DNA from: the human T2T-CHM13v2.0 reference genome, Homo sapiens
Direction: 5' to 3' (one strand)
Assembly: GCF_009914755.1 (NCBI RefSeq)
Contig: NC_060936.1
Length of the DNA: 64,000 nucleotides
The notes under the pieces are model-generated. The model was not told the origin of the DNA and did no database searches. It saw only the letters and a program-made list of their open reading frames with translations. Shown piece after piece: positions 13,760-26,310 of the stretch; the stretch's first letter is position 1; each line of letters begins with the position of its first letter. The position numbers were made by a program, and so were the translations under genes.

Positions 13760-14295
13760 ATAACAATGTAATATAATGAGAAATGACCAGTCACTTCTGG
13801 GCCAAGGGACTTTTAAACAAACTCTTATGACTTTCCCCATCTGTTTGAGAAAGTGGAACCACACAATGAAAGTAGACTGGGATCTATAATTCTCATGTGA
13901 CTAAACACCAACCAGGAATCCTCATAATTGACTAGTATGTGAATCAAAAATAAATTTCCATTAAGCCACTGAGATTTGAGGATTTATTTATAACAGTGCC
14001 TACTATTCTAAAATAGAAATTGGTGACTTAAGTGGTATGGTGTAATTTTAAAAAACTTGAAATAGGATTAGTAGTATTATCTGTTCATTGTTACTGAGTT
14101 TAATATGACATGAGAAGAATGAAATGAAGGCAGACTACAGAGAACCATTTCTTAAGCAATGAATGACGAGAGAGAGAGAGAGCAAGAGAGAGAGAGAAAG
14201 ATAATGCTAGCTCTGAAATATGGAGCCTTTCAAGGTAAGAAAACTTTACTACTTCTAGAACCAAATCAATAAAAAAAAGACCTAAAAAGGCTTTG
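13760..14295 (+). mobile_element. MLT1 LTR plus start of MLT1 internal region
   Basis: ttaagccactgagatttgagg LTR 3' motif followed by gaaattggt (internal start); contains a (GA)n tract at about 14168-14198. Confidence 0.55.
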
Positions 14296-14297
14296 AG

Positions 14298-17200
14298 AAT
14301 ATATAATACAAAGGCACAACCCATGAAAGAAATAATTGATATGCTGGACTTCAAAATAAAACAGTTGAGTTTTTGGAAACCACTGTTAAGAGAATGAGAA
14401 AACAACTACAGACTTAGAAAATATTTGCAAAAGACCGATACAAAAAAGGACTTTTATCCCAAATATAAAAGGAACACTTAAAACCCAACACTATGTAAAT
14501 AAATAACCTGATTTAAAAATGGGCAAAAGAACAGGCACCTCACCAAAGAAAATACATAGATGGCAAATAAGCATATGAAAAGATGCTCAACATCATACAT
14601 TATTAAGGAACTGCAAATTAAATCAATGAGACACCTCTAGACACCTATCAGAATGAAGAAAACCCAAAATACTGACAACATCAAATGCTGGCAAGGATGT
14701 GAAACAATAAGAACTCTTATTCACTGCTGGCAGGAATGAAAAATAGCACAGAAACTTTGGAAGACAATTTGACACTTTCTTACTAAACTAAACACACCAT
14801 ACAATTCAGCAATCATGCTCCTTGAAATGAGTTGAAAACTTATGCCCACAAAAACATGTACACACAGATGTTAGCACAGCTTTATTCATAATTGCCAAAA
14901 CTGGGAAGCAATCAGGATGTCTGTTCTTCACTAGGTGAGTGGATAAATAAACTGTGATGCATTGAGACAATGGAATATTATTCACCACTGAAAATAAATG
15001 CTATCAAGTCATGAAAACACATGGAGGCTAAAAAGCACATTAGTCAATGAAAGACATCAATCTAGAAGGCTACTGATATGGTTTGGCTGTGTCCCCACGC
15101 AAATCTCATCTTGAATTGAAGTTCCCATAATTCTCACATGTTGTGGGAGGGACCTGTTGGGAGGTAATTGAATCATGGGGACAGGTTTTTCCCATGCTGT
15201 TCTTGTGATAGTGAATGAGTCTCACAAGATCTGATGGTTTTATAAAGGGCGGTTCCCTTGCACACGTTGTCTTTCCTGCTGCCGTGTAAGATGTGACTTT
15301 GCTCCTCCTTCACCTTCCACCATGATTGTGCGGCCTGCCAGCAATGTGGAACTGTGAGTCCATTAAAGCTTTTTTTTCTTTATAAATTACCCATTCTCAG
15401 GTATGTCTTTATTAGCAGCATGAGAAAGGACTAATATAGTAAATAGGTACCAGTAGAGTGGGGTACTGCTATTAAGATACCTGAAAACATGGAAGCAATT
15501 TTGGAACTGGGTAACAGGCAGAAGTTGGAACTGTTTGGAGGTCTCAGAAGAAGATGGGAAGATGTGGAAAGGTTTGGAGCTTCCTAGAGACTAGTTGAAT
15601 GGTTTCATCAAAAAGTGCAGGCTGAGCAGGGTGTCAGATAGAGATGAGGAACTTATTGGTAACTGGAGCAAAGGTGATTCTTGCTATGCTTTAGCAAAGA
15701 GATGGACGGCATTTTGCCTCTGCCCTAGAGATCTGTGAAATTTTGAACTTGAGAGAGATGATTTAGGGTATCTGGCAGAAGAAATTTCTAGGCAGCAAAG
15801 CATTCAAAAGGTGACTTGTGTGCTCTTAAAAGCACTTATTCAGTTTTATTCATTAACAAATATATGGTTTGGAATTGGAACTTACATTTAAAAGGGAAGC
15901 AGAGCGTAAAAGTTTAGAAAATTTGCAGTCTGACAATGCAATAGAAAAGAAAAACCCATTTTCTGAGGAAAACTTCAAGCAGGCTGCAGAAATTTGCATA
16001 AGTAACAAGAAGTCAAATGTTAATCACCAAAATGATGAGGAAAATGTCTCCAGGGCATGTCAGAGACTTTCACAGCAGCCCCTCCCATCACAGGCCAGAG
16101 GCCTAGGAAGAAAAAATGGTTTTGTAGGCTAGGCCCAGGGCCCCCTTGCTGTGTGCAGCCTAGGGACTTGGTGCCTTGGATTCTCAGCCACTCCAGCTGT
16201 GGCTAAAAGGAGCCAAGGTGTAGCTCAGTCCATTGCTTCAGAGGGTGCAAGCCCCACACCTCAGCAATTTACACATGCTATTGGGCCTGCATGTTTACAG
16301 AAGTCAAGAATTGATGTTTGGAAACCTCTGCCTAGATTTCAGATGATGTATGGAAATGTCTAGATGTCCAGGCAGAAGTTTGTTGCAGGGGTGGGGCCCT
16401 CATGGAGAACCTCAGCTAGGGCAGTGTGGAAGGGAAAAGTGGGGTGGGAGCCCCCACAGAGTCCCCACTGGAGTACTGCCTATTGGAGCTGTGAGAGGAA
16501 GGCCACTGTCCTCCAGACCCCAGAATGGTAGATCCACCAACAGCTTGTGAAGTCAACCAGGAAGGGAGCTGTACCCTCCAAAGCCACAGGGGCAGAGCTG
16601 GCCAAGATCATGGGAACCCACATCTTACATCAGTGTGACCTGGATATGATACCTGAAGTCCAAGGAGATCATTTTGAAGCTTTAACATTTGACTGCCTTC
16701 CTGGATTTTAGACTTGCTTGGTGCCTGTAGACCCTTTGTTTTGGCCAATTTCTCCCTTTTGGAATGGGCATATTTACCCAATGCCTGTACCCCCATTGTA
16801 TCTAGGAAGTAACTAACTTGCTTTTTATTTTACAGGTTCATAGGCCAAAGGGATTTGCCTTGTCTCAGATGAGACTTTGGATTGTGGACTTCTGAGTTAA
16901 TGCTGAAATAAGTTAAGATTTTGGGGGACTGTTGGGAAGGCATAACTAATTTTGAAATGTAGGACATGTGACTTGGGAGGGGCCGGGGCAGAATGATATT
17001 TTTTGTCTGTGTCCCTACCCATAACTCATCTTGAATTGTAATTCCCATGATCCCCACATGTCATGGGAAGGACCTGGTGGGAGGTAATTGAATCACGGGG
17101 GTGGGATTTTCCCATGCTTGTCTCATGATAGTGAATAAGTCTCACAAGGTCTGATGGTTTTAAAGGGGCAGTTCCCCTGCACATGCTCTCTTGCCTGCTG

Positions 17201-17785
17201 CCATGTAAGATGTCCCTTTGCTCCTTTTTTGCCTTCTGCCATAATTGTGAGGTCTCCCCAGTCACATGGAACTGAGTCCATTAAAGCTTTTTTTCTTTAT
17301 AAATTACCCAGTATCAGGTATTTCTTCATAGCAATGTGAAAATGGACTAATTCAACTACATACTGTATGATTCCAACTATATGACATTCTGGAAAAGGTA
17401 AAAACAACAAAACAACAACAATGGAGAGAATAAAAAGATCAGAGAATATCAGATGTTAGGAAGAAGGGTGGGAGGAATAGGTGGAGCACAGAAGAGTTTT
17501 AGGGCAGTGAAACTACTCTGTGTGATACTGTTGTGGTGGAAACATGGCATCACACCTTTGTCAAAACCCATAAAGGTACACCAAGAGCAAACCCCAATGT
17601 AAAGTGTGGACTTTGAGTGATAATGATATATGAATGTAGCTTTCATCAATTGTAACAAATGTATCATTCTGGTGGTGGGTGTTGATAGTTAGGGAGGCTG
17701 TGCATGTGTGGGTGTAGGGGTTATTGGGAAACTGTACTTCTCAATGTTGCTGTCAGCCTAAAACTGCTCTAAAATAGTCTTAAAA
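14298..17785 (+). mobile_element. L1MC1-like LINE-1 3' end (copy B), split by THE1 at 15074-17354
   Basis: L1 3' sequence runs to ...tctagaaggctac and resumes actacatactgtatgattcc; ends aaaactgctctaaaa. Confidence 0.9.
15074..17354 (+). mobile_element. Full-length THE1 (MaLR) provirus: 5' LTR 15074-15438, internal 15439-16993, 3' LTR 16994-17354
   Basis: tgatatggtttggctgtgtcccca LTR start; about 1.55 kb internal region; purine tract gggaggggccggggcagaa before the 3' LTR; TSD gctac/actac. Confidence 0.96.
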
Positions 17786-17789
17786 TGAT

Positions 17790-18290
17790 TATAAATAAAA
17801 CTAGTCATGATTTAAAGAGAAAGCCTCTGAGGGACATAGTCCTATTAAAACTTTTTAGTAAAATAAAGAAACTCAGCATTACAGTCATTGCCTTCGCACC
17901 TGTTCCTGCAGTTTAGATGGCCTCAAAATACCTACCTTTAAAGTCAAGAAAAATTGTGATAAGGGCAAAGGAAGCACGGAAATGAAGAAGGCAGGATAGG
18001 ATATGTCTAGAAAAAAATGTTTGGGTATAACTATTGCTACAATTAAACGGTTGTGAGACAAATAATAATATATATATTTTTTAATTTTGGGAGGAATTAG
18101 GGTGTCAAAATAACCAAATCTTGTTACTGTGAGATTATTATTGTACCACCAAACAGTCACCAGAAGGAAGAAGCTGCTAAAGCTGTGCAGCCACTAAAAG
18201 GAGATATATTCCAAAAATGTATTTCAGATATGACCATGGAGGACAAATGACATGAAAAAAATCTCCCCAAGGTTGAGTCAGGAACCGTAA
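17790..18290 (+). mobile_element. MLT1 internal region fragment (continuation of the 13760-14295 element)
   Basis: tagatggcctcaaaatacc and atgtctagaaaaaaatgtttgggt resemble recalled MLT1-int motifs. Confidence 0.5.
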
Positions 18291-18489
18291 GAACAATATA
18301 GATCCCTCTTATTTATCTCAGCTTCCATGACCTAATGTAATGGGCCTCTTCCTCTAATTACCCTAAAAATCTCCTGACTGGTATGCTGGCTCCTAACCTA
18401 GCCTACTTGTCTTAAATACTTTCTTCACAAAGCTGATTAATGATCTATCTAAAACATTGGCCATATTACAGAATTCTACTGCCTAGAAC

Positions 18490-21286
18490 TTTTTTTTACA
18501 ACTTTTAAAATTGTATTAAAATATATGTACATAAAATTCACTATCATAACCATTTTTAAGTGTATAATTCAGTGGTATTAAATCAATATATGCATAATGT
18601 GCAATCATCACCACTCATCTCCATAACTCTGCATTTTGTAAACTGATCCTCCGTAGCCATTAAAAAATAACTTCCCATTTCCTATCTACCCAGCCCCTTA
18701 CAACCACCATTCTCTTGTCTATGTATAATTTTGACTATTCTAAGTATCTCATAAAAGTGGAATCATACAGTATTTGTCTTCTTTTGACTAGGTTATTTCA
18801 CCTAACATAATGTCCCCAAGTTTCATCCATGTGGTAGCATATGTTGGAATATCCTTTATTTTTAAGGCTGACTGGTATGTCATTGTATGTGTATACTGCA
18901 TTTCGCTTATCCACTCATCTGTCAATGGACATTGTAATTGCTTCCATATTTTGGCTATTGTGAATAATGCTACTATGAACATGGGTGCATAAATATCTCT
19001 TTGAAATCCTATTTTAAATTCTTTTGGACAGATACTCAGAAGTGAAACCACTGGATCTTATGGCTATTCTATTTTTAATGTTTTGGGGAACTGACATACT
19101 CTTTTCTACAGTGGCTGTACTATTTTAAATTCCCACCAACAGTGTGCAAACATTCTAAGTTCTTCACACTTTCACCAACAGTTGTTATTTTTGCTCTCTC
19201 TTTCTCTCTTTTTTGATAATGGTTATCCTAATGAGTGTTACATGATATTGCATTGTTGTTTTGATTTGCATTGATTATTAGTGATGTTCCACATCTTTTC
19301 ATGTGCTTATTGGCCATTTGTATATCTACTTTGGAGATATATCATATTCTTTGCTCATTTATTAATCAGATTTTTGTTGTTGTTGAATTTTAAGAAGTTT
19401 CCATATAGTGTAGATATTAATTGCTCATCCCAATTGATTCATCTATCTGATACTGTTGTCAGATATATGATTTGCAAATACTTTATCTGATTCTACATGC
19501 TGCCTCTTTACTCTGTTGATATTGTCTTTCAATGAACAAGATTTTTTTTTATTTTTATGAAGTCCAGTTTATTTATTTTTTATTTTGTTGCCTGTGCCTT
19601 TGGTGGGATATTCAAGAGACCATTGCCAAATTCACTGTAATAAAGCTTTTGCCCTTGGTTTTCTTCTAAGACTTTTATATAATGTTAAGTCTCCCAATCC
19701 ATGAACATGGGATGTGTTTTTATTTATTTGTGTCTTCAATTTATTTCATCAATATTTTGTTTTCATTGCACAAGTCTTTCACCTTCTTGGTTAAGTTAAT
19801 TCCTAAGTATTTTATTCTTTTTTTATGCTATTGTAAATTGAATTATTTTTGTAATTTCCCTTTCAGGTAGTTTGTCATTGGCATACAGAAAGGCAACTGA
19901 TTTGGGGTGTTGATTTTGAATCTTGCTACTTGCCTGAATTCATTTAGTTTCTTTGTGGAATTTTTAGAGTTATCTACATGTAAGATTACATAATTTGTGA
20001 ACAGAAACAATTTCACTTTTTCTTTTCCAATTTAAATGCCTCTTGTTTAATTGCCTACTTGCTGTGGTTAGAACTTTGAGTAAGTAGGGAAGGTGGGCAT
20101 CCTTGCCTTGTTCCTATCTTAGAGTAAAAGCTTTCCATCTTTCACTATTGAGTATGATGTTCTCTGTGGGTTTTTGATATATGGGTTTTATTATGTTGAG
20201 ATACTTTCCTTTTATTTATAGATTGTTGAGTGTTTTTATCATGAAAAGGTATTGAATTTTGTCAAATTTTTTTCTGAGTCAATTGATATAAGCCTGTGTT
20301 TTTGTCCTTCATTCTGTTATTGTGATGTATTACATTGATCAATTTTGCTATGTTGAACCATCTTTGCATTCCAGGAATAAACTGCACTTAATTGTGATAA
20401 ATTATTCTTTTAATATGCTACTAAATTCAGTTTGCTATTATTTTATTAAAAATCTTCACATCCATGTTCATAAGGAACTTTGTTCTGTAGTTTTCTTTTT
20501 TTTTGTAGTATCTTTAGCTTTGGCATCAGCTTGATAATGACTTCGCAGAGTGAGTTAGGGAGTTCCTCTTAAATTTTTTTGAAAAGTTTGAGAATTAGTA
20601 TTTTTTTTACTCTTCTGTAGAATTCATCAGTGAAGACATCAGGTCCAGAGATTTTCTTCACTGGGAGATTTTTAATTGTTAATGTAATCTTCTTATTAGT
20701 CATATTTTCTAGGTGTATTCAGATTTTCTATTCCTTTGTGATTTATTCTTGGTAAGTTTTGTATTTCTAATAATTTGTCTATTTTATGTAGGTTATCTAA
20801 TTTAATGGAGAACAATTGTTCTAGTATTCCTTATAATTTTTTATTTTTGGAGAATCAGTAGTGATATGCTCACTTTCATTTATGACTTTCAAAGTTTGCA
20901 TCTTCTCTCTTTTTTCTTGATTAATTTAGCTTAAAGATTTGTCAATTTTGTCTACCTTTTCAAAGAACCAAATTTTGTTTTTTTCTCTATTGTTTTTTCT
21001 CTTACCTATTTTGTTAAATCTGTGATCTAGTATTTATCATTTTCATCCTTCTAGTAGCTTTAAGTATAGATAGTTTTATTTTCTCTAATTAAGAGGCAAG
21101 ATAAAGTTGTTCATTTGTGATCTTTCTTGCTTTTTAATGTAATTGTTTATAGCTACAAATTTTCCCCTTAGTACTTCTTTCACTGTGTTCCATAAGTTTT
21201 AGTATGTTGTGTTTTCATTTTTATTCATCTCTAAGTATTTTTTGATTTTCCTGGTGATTTGTTCTTTAATCCATTGGTTGGTTGAA
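18490..21286 (-). mobile_element. L1MB3-like LINE-1, 5'-truncated, with an internal deletion near 19680
   Basis: T-tail then aaccatttttaagtgtataattcagtgg 3'UTR; ORF2 C-terminal relic (18788-19051, PMFIVALFTIAKIWKQLQCP); probable TSD cctagaactttttt / cctaaactttttt. Confidence 0.92.
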
Positions 21287-21289
21287 CCT

Positions 21290-21735
21290 AAACTTTTTTG
21301 GTGCTCATCAACTATTCTAGAATTAAATCTAAACTCCTTAAAGTGCATATAATGCTCTCTCTTATCTTCTTCCTGTAAAACTATTCAGCTTTTCCTCTAG
21401 TCACTCCCTATCTCAAACTTGACATTGAATCAACAGTTCCATTGCATGCTGTTTTACATTTCATTTTAAAAATTTTATGTATTTGGCCTCCTACTTCTTA
21501 TTTCAAATAACCAACTTAATAACTTCTTATGTCTTGGTTCAGGTACCCCTTTTTCTCAGAGTCTCTTGTTCTCTTTATTCTCTCCTTCATGTATTAGGTA
21601 TCCTTCTGTGTCTCTATTAATTCTAAAATCTACCTCTATCACTGTACTTAATTCACAGTTTAGTGATTGTTGGTTGATGTGTCTACCTGCACTCACTAAT
21701 TTGAGTTTCTAGAGAACAGGGATTATGTTTATGTT
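21290..21735 (+). mobile_element. L2 3' fragment
   Basis: aaatctaaactcctt...; gagtttctagagaacagggattatgt. Confidence 0.6.
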
Positions 21736-21961
21736 CAAATATTTATTAGCTACAGTTATGGAACATGAAACTGGTTTAAGTGCTAGACATACTTACAAAC
21801 ATGACTCTTCCCTCAAAGAACATATCCTATAGAAGTAAAAAAAAATGAATAAGAAACAAAAACAATGAAGTTACTTTTAGAGATTGATAAAAACTGTGAT
21901 GAAAATACAGGCATATCTTGTTTTATTGCATTTCATTTTACTATACTTCTCAAATATATGT

Positions 21962-22312
21962 TTTTGTTTTCTTTCTTTCTCTCCTTTTCTCTTTCTTTCT
22001 TGCTTGCTTGCTTTTTTTTTTCAGTGTCTCACTCTGTCACTCAGGCTGGAGTGAAGTGGTGCAATCTCAGCTCATTGCAACTTAACTTCCACCTCCTGGG
22101 CTCAAATGATCCTCCGGCCTCAGTCTCCTGAGTAGTTGGGACTACAGGCGCATGCCACCATGCCCAGCTAATTTTTTCTCTTTTGCATTTTTTATAGAGA
22201 CAGTGTTTCACCATGTTGCCCAGGCTGGTCTTGAACTCCTGAGCTCAAGCTATGTGCCTCCACCTCCCAAAGTACTGAGATTACAGGTGTGAGCCAGGCA
22301 CTGTGCCTGGCC
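21962..22312 (-). mobile_element. AluJ-like SINE inserted in Tigger1
   Basis: CT-rich degenerate tail, reverse Alu ending gcctggcc; similar flanks atatatgtttttgttt / atattgtgttttgttt. Confidence 0.93.
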
Positions 22313-22749
22313 ATATTGTGTTTTGTTTTGTTTTCTGTTTTTATATATTTCTATTTATTTATTCTATATGTTTTTGTTTTAGAAATTCAAAGTTTGTGGT
22401 AAGCCTGCCTTGAGCAAGTCTATTGGTGCCATTTTTCCAACAGCATGTGCTTACTTTTTGTCTGTGTGTCACATTTCTGTAATTCTTGCAATACTTCAAA
22501 TTTTTCATCATTATAATGTCTGTTATAGTGATCTATGATCAGTAATCTTTTATGTTACTATTGTAATTGTTTTGGGGTGCCACAAACTATGCTCATATAA
22601 GATAGCAAACTTAATGAATAAATGTTGCCTGTGTTCTGACTGCTTCACTGACTAGCCATTCCCCCATCTTTCTCCCTCTCCCAATCCTCCTTATTCCTTG
22701 ACATACACAATATTAAAATTAGGCCAATTAATAACCCTATAGTGTCTTC

Positions 22750-24100
22750 TAAGTGTTCAAATGAAATGAGTCACCACATATCTCTCACTTTAGATCAAAA
22801 GCTGGAAAGTATTAAGCTTAGTGAGGAAGGCATGTCAAAAGCTGATATAGGCAGTAAGCTAGGCCTCTTGGATCAAACAGGCAACCTGTCAATCCAAAGA
22901 AAAAGTTCTTGAAGGACATTAAAAGTGCTACTTCAATGAATACATGAATGATAAGAAAACAAGCAGCTTTATTGCTGATATAAAGGAAGTTTTTGATGTC
23001 TGTGTAAAAGATCAAACTAGGCACAACCTACCCTAAACCAAAGCCTAATCCAGAGCAAGCCCCCAACTCTTCAATTTTATGAAGGCTGAGAGAGATGAGA
23101 AAGCTGCAGAAGAAAAGTTTGAAGCTAGCAGAAGTTGGTTCATGAGGTTTAAGGAAAGAAGCCATCTCCATAACATAAAAGTACAAGATGAAGCATCAAG
23201 TCCTGATTTGGAAGATGCAGCAAGTTACCCAAATGATATAGCTGCACTAAGCAACAAACTCAGTGTAGATGAAACAGCCTTCTATTGGAAGAAAATACCA
23301 TCAAGGACTTTCATAGCTAGAGAGAAGAAGTCAATGCCTGGCTTCAAAAATTTAAAGGAAAAGTTGACTCTCTTGTTAGGAACTAATACAGCTGGTGACT
23401 CTAAGTTGAAGCCAATGCTCACTGGCTATTTTGAAAAACCTAGCACTGTAAGAGAATTATGCTAAATCTACTCTGCCTGTGCTCTGTAAAGATAACAACA
23501 AAGCCTTGATGCCAGCACATCTGTTTACTGCATGGTTTAATAAATATTTTAAACAAATTGTTGAAACCCACCACTGGCAAATAAGATTCATTTCAAAATA
23601 TTACTGCTCATTGACAATGCACCTAGCCACCCAAGAGGTCTGATGGAAATGTACAAGGAGATTAATGTTGTTGTCATGTCTGCTAATACAGCATCCATTT
23701 TGCAGCCCATGGATCAAGGAGTAATTTTGACTTTCAAGTCTTCTTATTTAAGAAGTGCATTTTGTAAGGCTATAGCTGCCATAGATTGTGATTCCTCTAA
23801 TGGATCAGGACAAAGTAAATCATAAACCTTTTGGAAAGGATTCACCTTTATAGATGCCATTAAGAATATTTATGATTCATGGAAAGAGGTCAAGATGTTA
23901 ACATTAACAGAAGTTTGAAGAAGTTGATTCCAACACTCATGGATGACTTTGAGGGGTTCAAGACTTCTTTGGAAGAAGTAACCACAGATGTGGTAGAAAT
24001 AGCAAGATAACTAGAATTAGAAGTAAAGCCTGGAAGATGTGATTGAATTGCTGAAATCTCATGACAAAATTTTAATGAATGGGTAGTTACTTCTTATGAA
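22750..24100 (+). pseudogene. Frameshifted Tigger1 transposase coding relic
   Basis: ORF pieces 23079-23465 and 23643-23825 carry CENP-B/pogo HTH and DDD-domain motifs, broken by stops and frameshifts; ends approximate. Confidence 0.85.
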
Positions 24101-24689
24101 TGAGCAGGGAGAAGGGTTTCTTGAGATGGATTCTACTCTTGGTAAAGATGCTGTGAACATTGTTGAAATGACAACAAAGGATTGAGAAGATTACATAAAC
24201 TTAGATGATAAAGCAGTGGTAACATTTGAGAGGACTGGCTCTAATTTTGAAAGAAGTTCTACTGGAGGTAAAATGTTATCAAACAGTATCACATGTTGCA
24301 GAGAAACCTTCCGTGAAAGGAGGAGTCAATTGGTGCAGCAAACTTTGTTGTTGTCTAATTTTGAGGTGAAAACCTCAGCTTTCAGCAACCACCACCCTGA
24401 TCAGTCAACAGTCGTCAGCATCAAGGCAAGACCCTCCACCAGCAAAAAGTTGATGACTGGGTGAAGGCTCAGATAATTTTTAGCTTTTTTTTTTACAATG
24501 AAGCATTTTCAAATTCAGGTATGTATATTATTTTCAGACAAAATGTTACATACTTCATAGACTACAGTATAGTGTAATCGTAACTTGTATATGCACTGGG
24601 AAACCAAAGTTTGTCTGACTTGCTCTATTATAATACTTTATTGCAGTGGTCTACAACCAAACCCACAATATCTCTGAGGTATGCCTGTA

Positions 24690-24870
24690 AAACAATATAA
24701 TGTGATAAATGGACAGGGAGGGGATACTTTAGGTCAGGGAAGGGATTTCTGAGGACAGACATTTGAGCTAGGACTAAAAAGTAGAAGACACCAGTGAAGA
24801 AGTGGGTAAAGGTGTTCTAGGCAGAGGTAATGAGCTAGAGCATAATGAGTAAGAAGAGATTGTTACAGGA
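24690..24870 (-). mobile_element. L2 fragment (continues the L2 at about 21740-21905 split by Tigger1)
   Basis: ggtcagggaaggg...tgaggacagacatttgagct...gttctaggcagagg. Confidence 0.6.
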
Positions 24871-25989
24871 TGGCTTGAGAGAAGAGCCTTTGAATCTTAT
24901 TCCATTTGAGGGTTTTGGAGTCCTGAATATTGAATCGTAAATGACTGACATTCAGTTTAAACTGTTACTGCTGAGAAGTAACACTGGAAGGAGAAAACAC
25001 TTTCTTCCCCTTTTTGGAATATTATATTATCCTTCCTGTAACTTCTTCCTTTCCCCCTGCTGCTCACCCCACTTGCAGGGACTTGGGAAGGAAGATGGTA
25101 CTTCACTGTGCCTTTGAATCTTTGATCTTTACTAATGTTAATGCCAGTGGTTGCGTGGTTATCTGTCTAGAGAGGGAGGTAACACAGTAGACAAGAGAGG
25201 GATACAGTGAAATAAGATATTGTGGTTGGATGAGCAGTATGCTGGAATGGCCAAAGGGATGCCTCATACTCAGTTTTAACTTCAACACACTTCTGCAATG
25301 CAAAGCTCCTCTGACACCCAGATTATCAGTAACTCCTGGTCTGCTCACAAGGAGACCTCTTGGAAGTGTTGTCTGTTGACTTACATGTTGTGTATATGTG
25401 TGTCTATTTTCCTATGAAAATCAAGTAAAGGGGCTGGGTTTAGACCTATCTATGCAAGGGCAGAAATAAAACAATGCTACAAGTCTTGAGTAAAAAACAA
25501 GAATTCAGTGGAAGCTGCAAGTTACCATGGAACTCGCCATTACCTGACCAGAATTCCCAGAAATATAGGGAGGTACTTGTGACAAGACGGAAAAGCTGGG
25601 AGCTTGAGATAATTTTATTTTGAGCTTAGGAAACTGAGTGATTCTATCTAATGTCTGAAATATGTAACATATTTTTATTTTAACATAAAGCAAAATGTTA
25701 AGGAATGAAGTTTCTTGCCTGAAATTTGAAGGGCAGCTATTGAGTGGTGGATATTTGGGGTGTGTCTCAAGGGTCTGAGAGAACGAGAGAATAAGACAAA
25801 AAGTGAAAGAAAAGTCTAGGTTGAGGGTCACTAGAAGGAAGAAAAGGAGAAAGAAAGAAGTCATTTCGGTATGTCTGCTTCTCCAGGATTCCTTTAGAGA
25901 GCCTCCCCCTTCCTTTGTTCCTGTGCTATGTTTCCTTTCCATCTCTCTTTGGCCTTGAGGAGACTTCACTTCTCCCAGGCCTAGAAGAG

Positions 25990-26310
25990 ACTGCCATTGT
26001 TTGCTGGTATCTTGTCCACTTCTTTCTGGGCATACAGCTAAACTATATTTCCTGGTATCCTTGCATATACGTCTGATCTTGGAATTCAGGTTGATGGAAT
26101 GTTGGCAGAGTGTCATAAACAATTTCTGAGCTTGGTCATAAGTGATTTTCACTCTTTTTCAACTTCATGGCAAGAAAAGAAGGTTGAGGAGAGACCTTCC
26201 CAGGTAACTTCTGGCCAGAAACATCTGTCTTAGACTTTATGATAAGCTTTTCTGTTCAATCACTGATAGCTTGTTTTTGTTTTTACAGTAGCTGTCCCTA
26301 TTCTGAGCCA
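25990..26310 (+). mobile_element. Old MLT1 (I/J-like) LTR fragment
   Basis: cagctaaactatatttcctgg...tggaatgttggcagagtg...cactga...ttacagtagc. Confidence 0.5.

Larger units (their letters stand above)
21908..24687 (+). mobile_element. Full-length Tigger1 (pogo/TcMar) DNA transposon; strand given by the transposase
   Basis: TIRs caggcatatcttg / ctgaggtatgcctg; TA TSDs at 21906-21907 and 24688-24689; transposase relic [42 protein letters not shown]. Confidence 0.97.

Noticed and set aside
15869-16796. ORFs in the THE1 internal region
   Set aside because: Fragmented relics of the MaLR internal sequence.
23079-23825. TIGD-like protein gene
   Set aside because: Frameshifted transposase inside an ordinary Tigger1 with TIRs.
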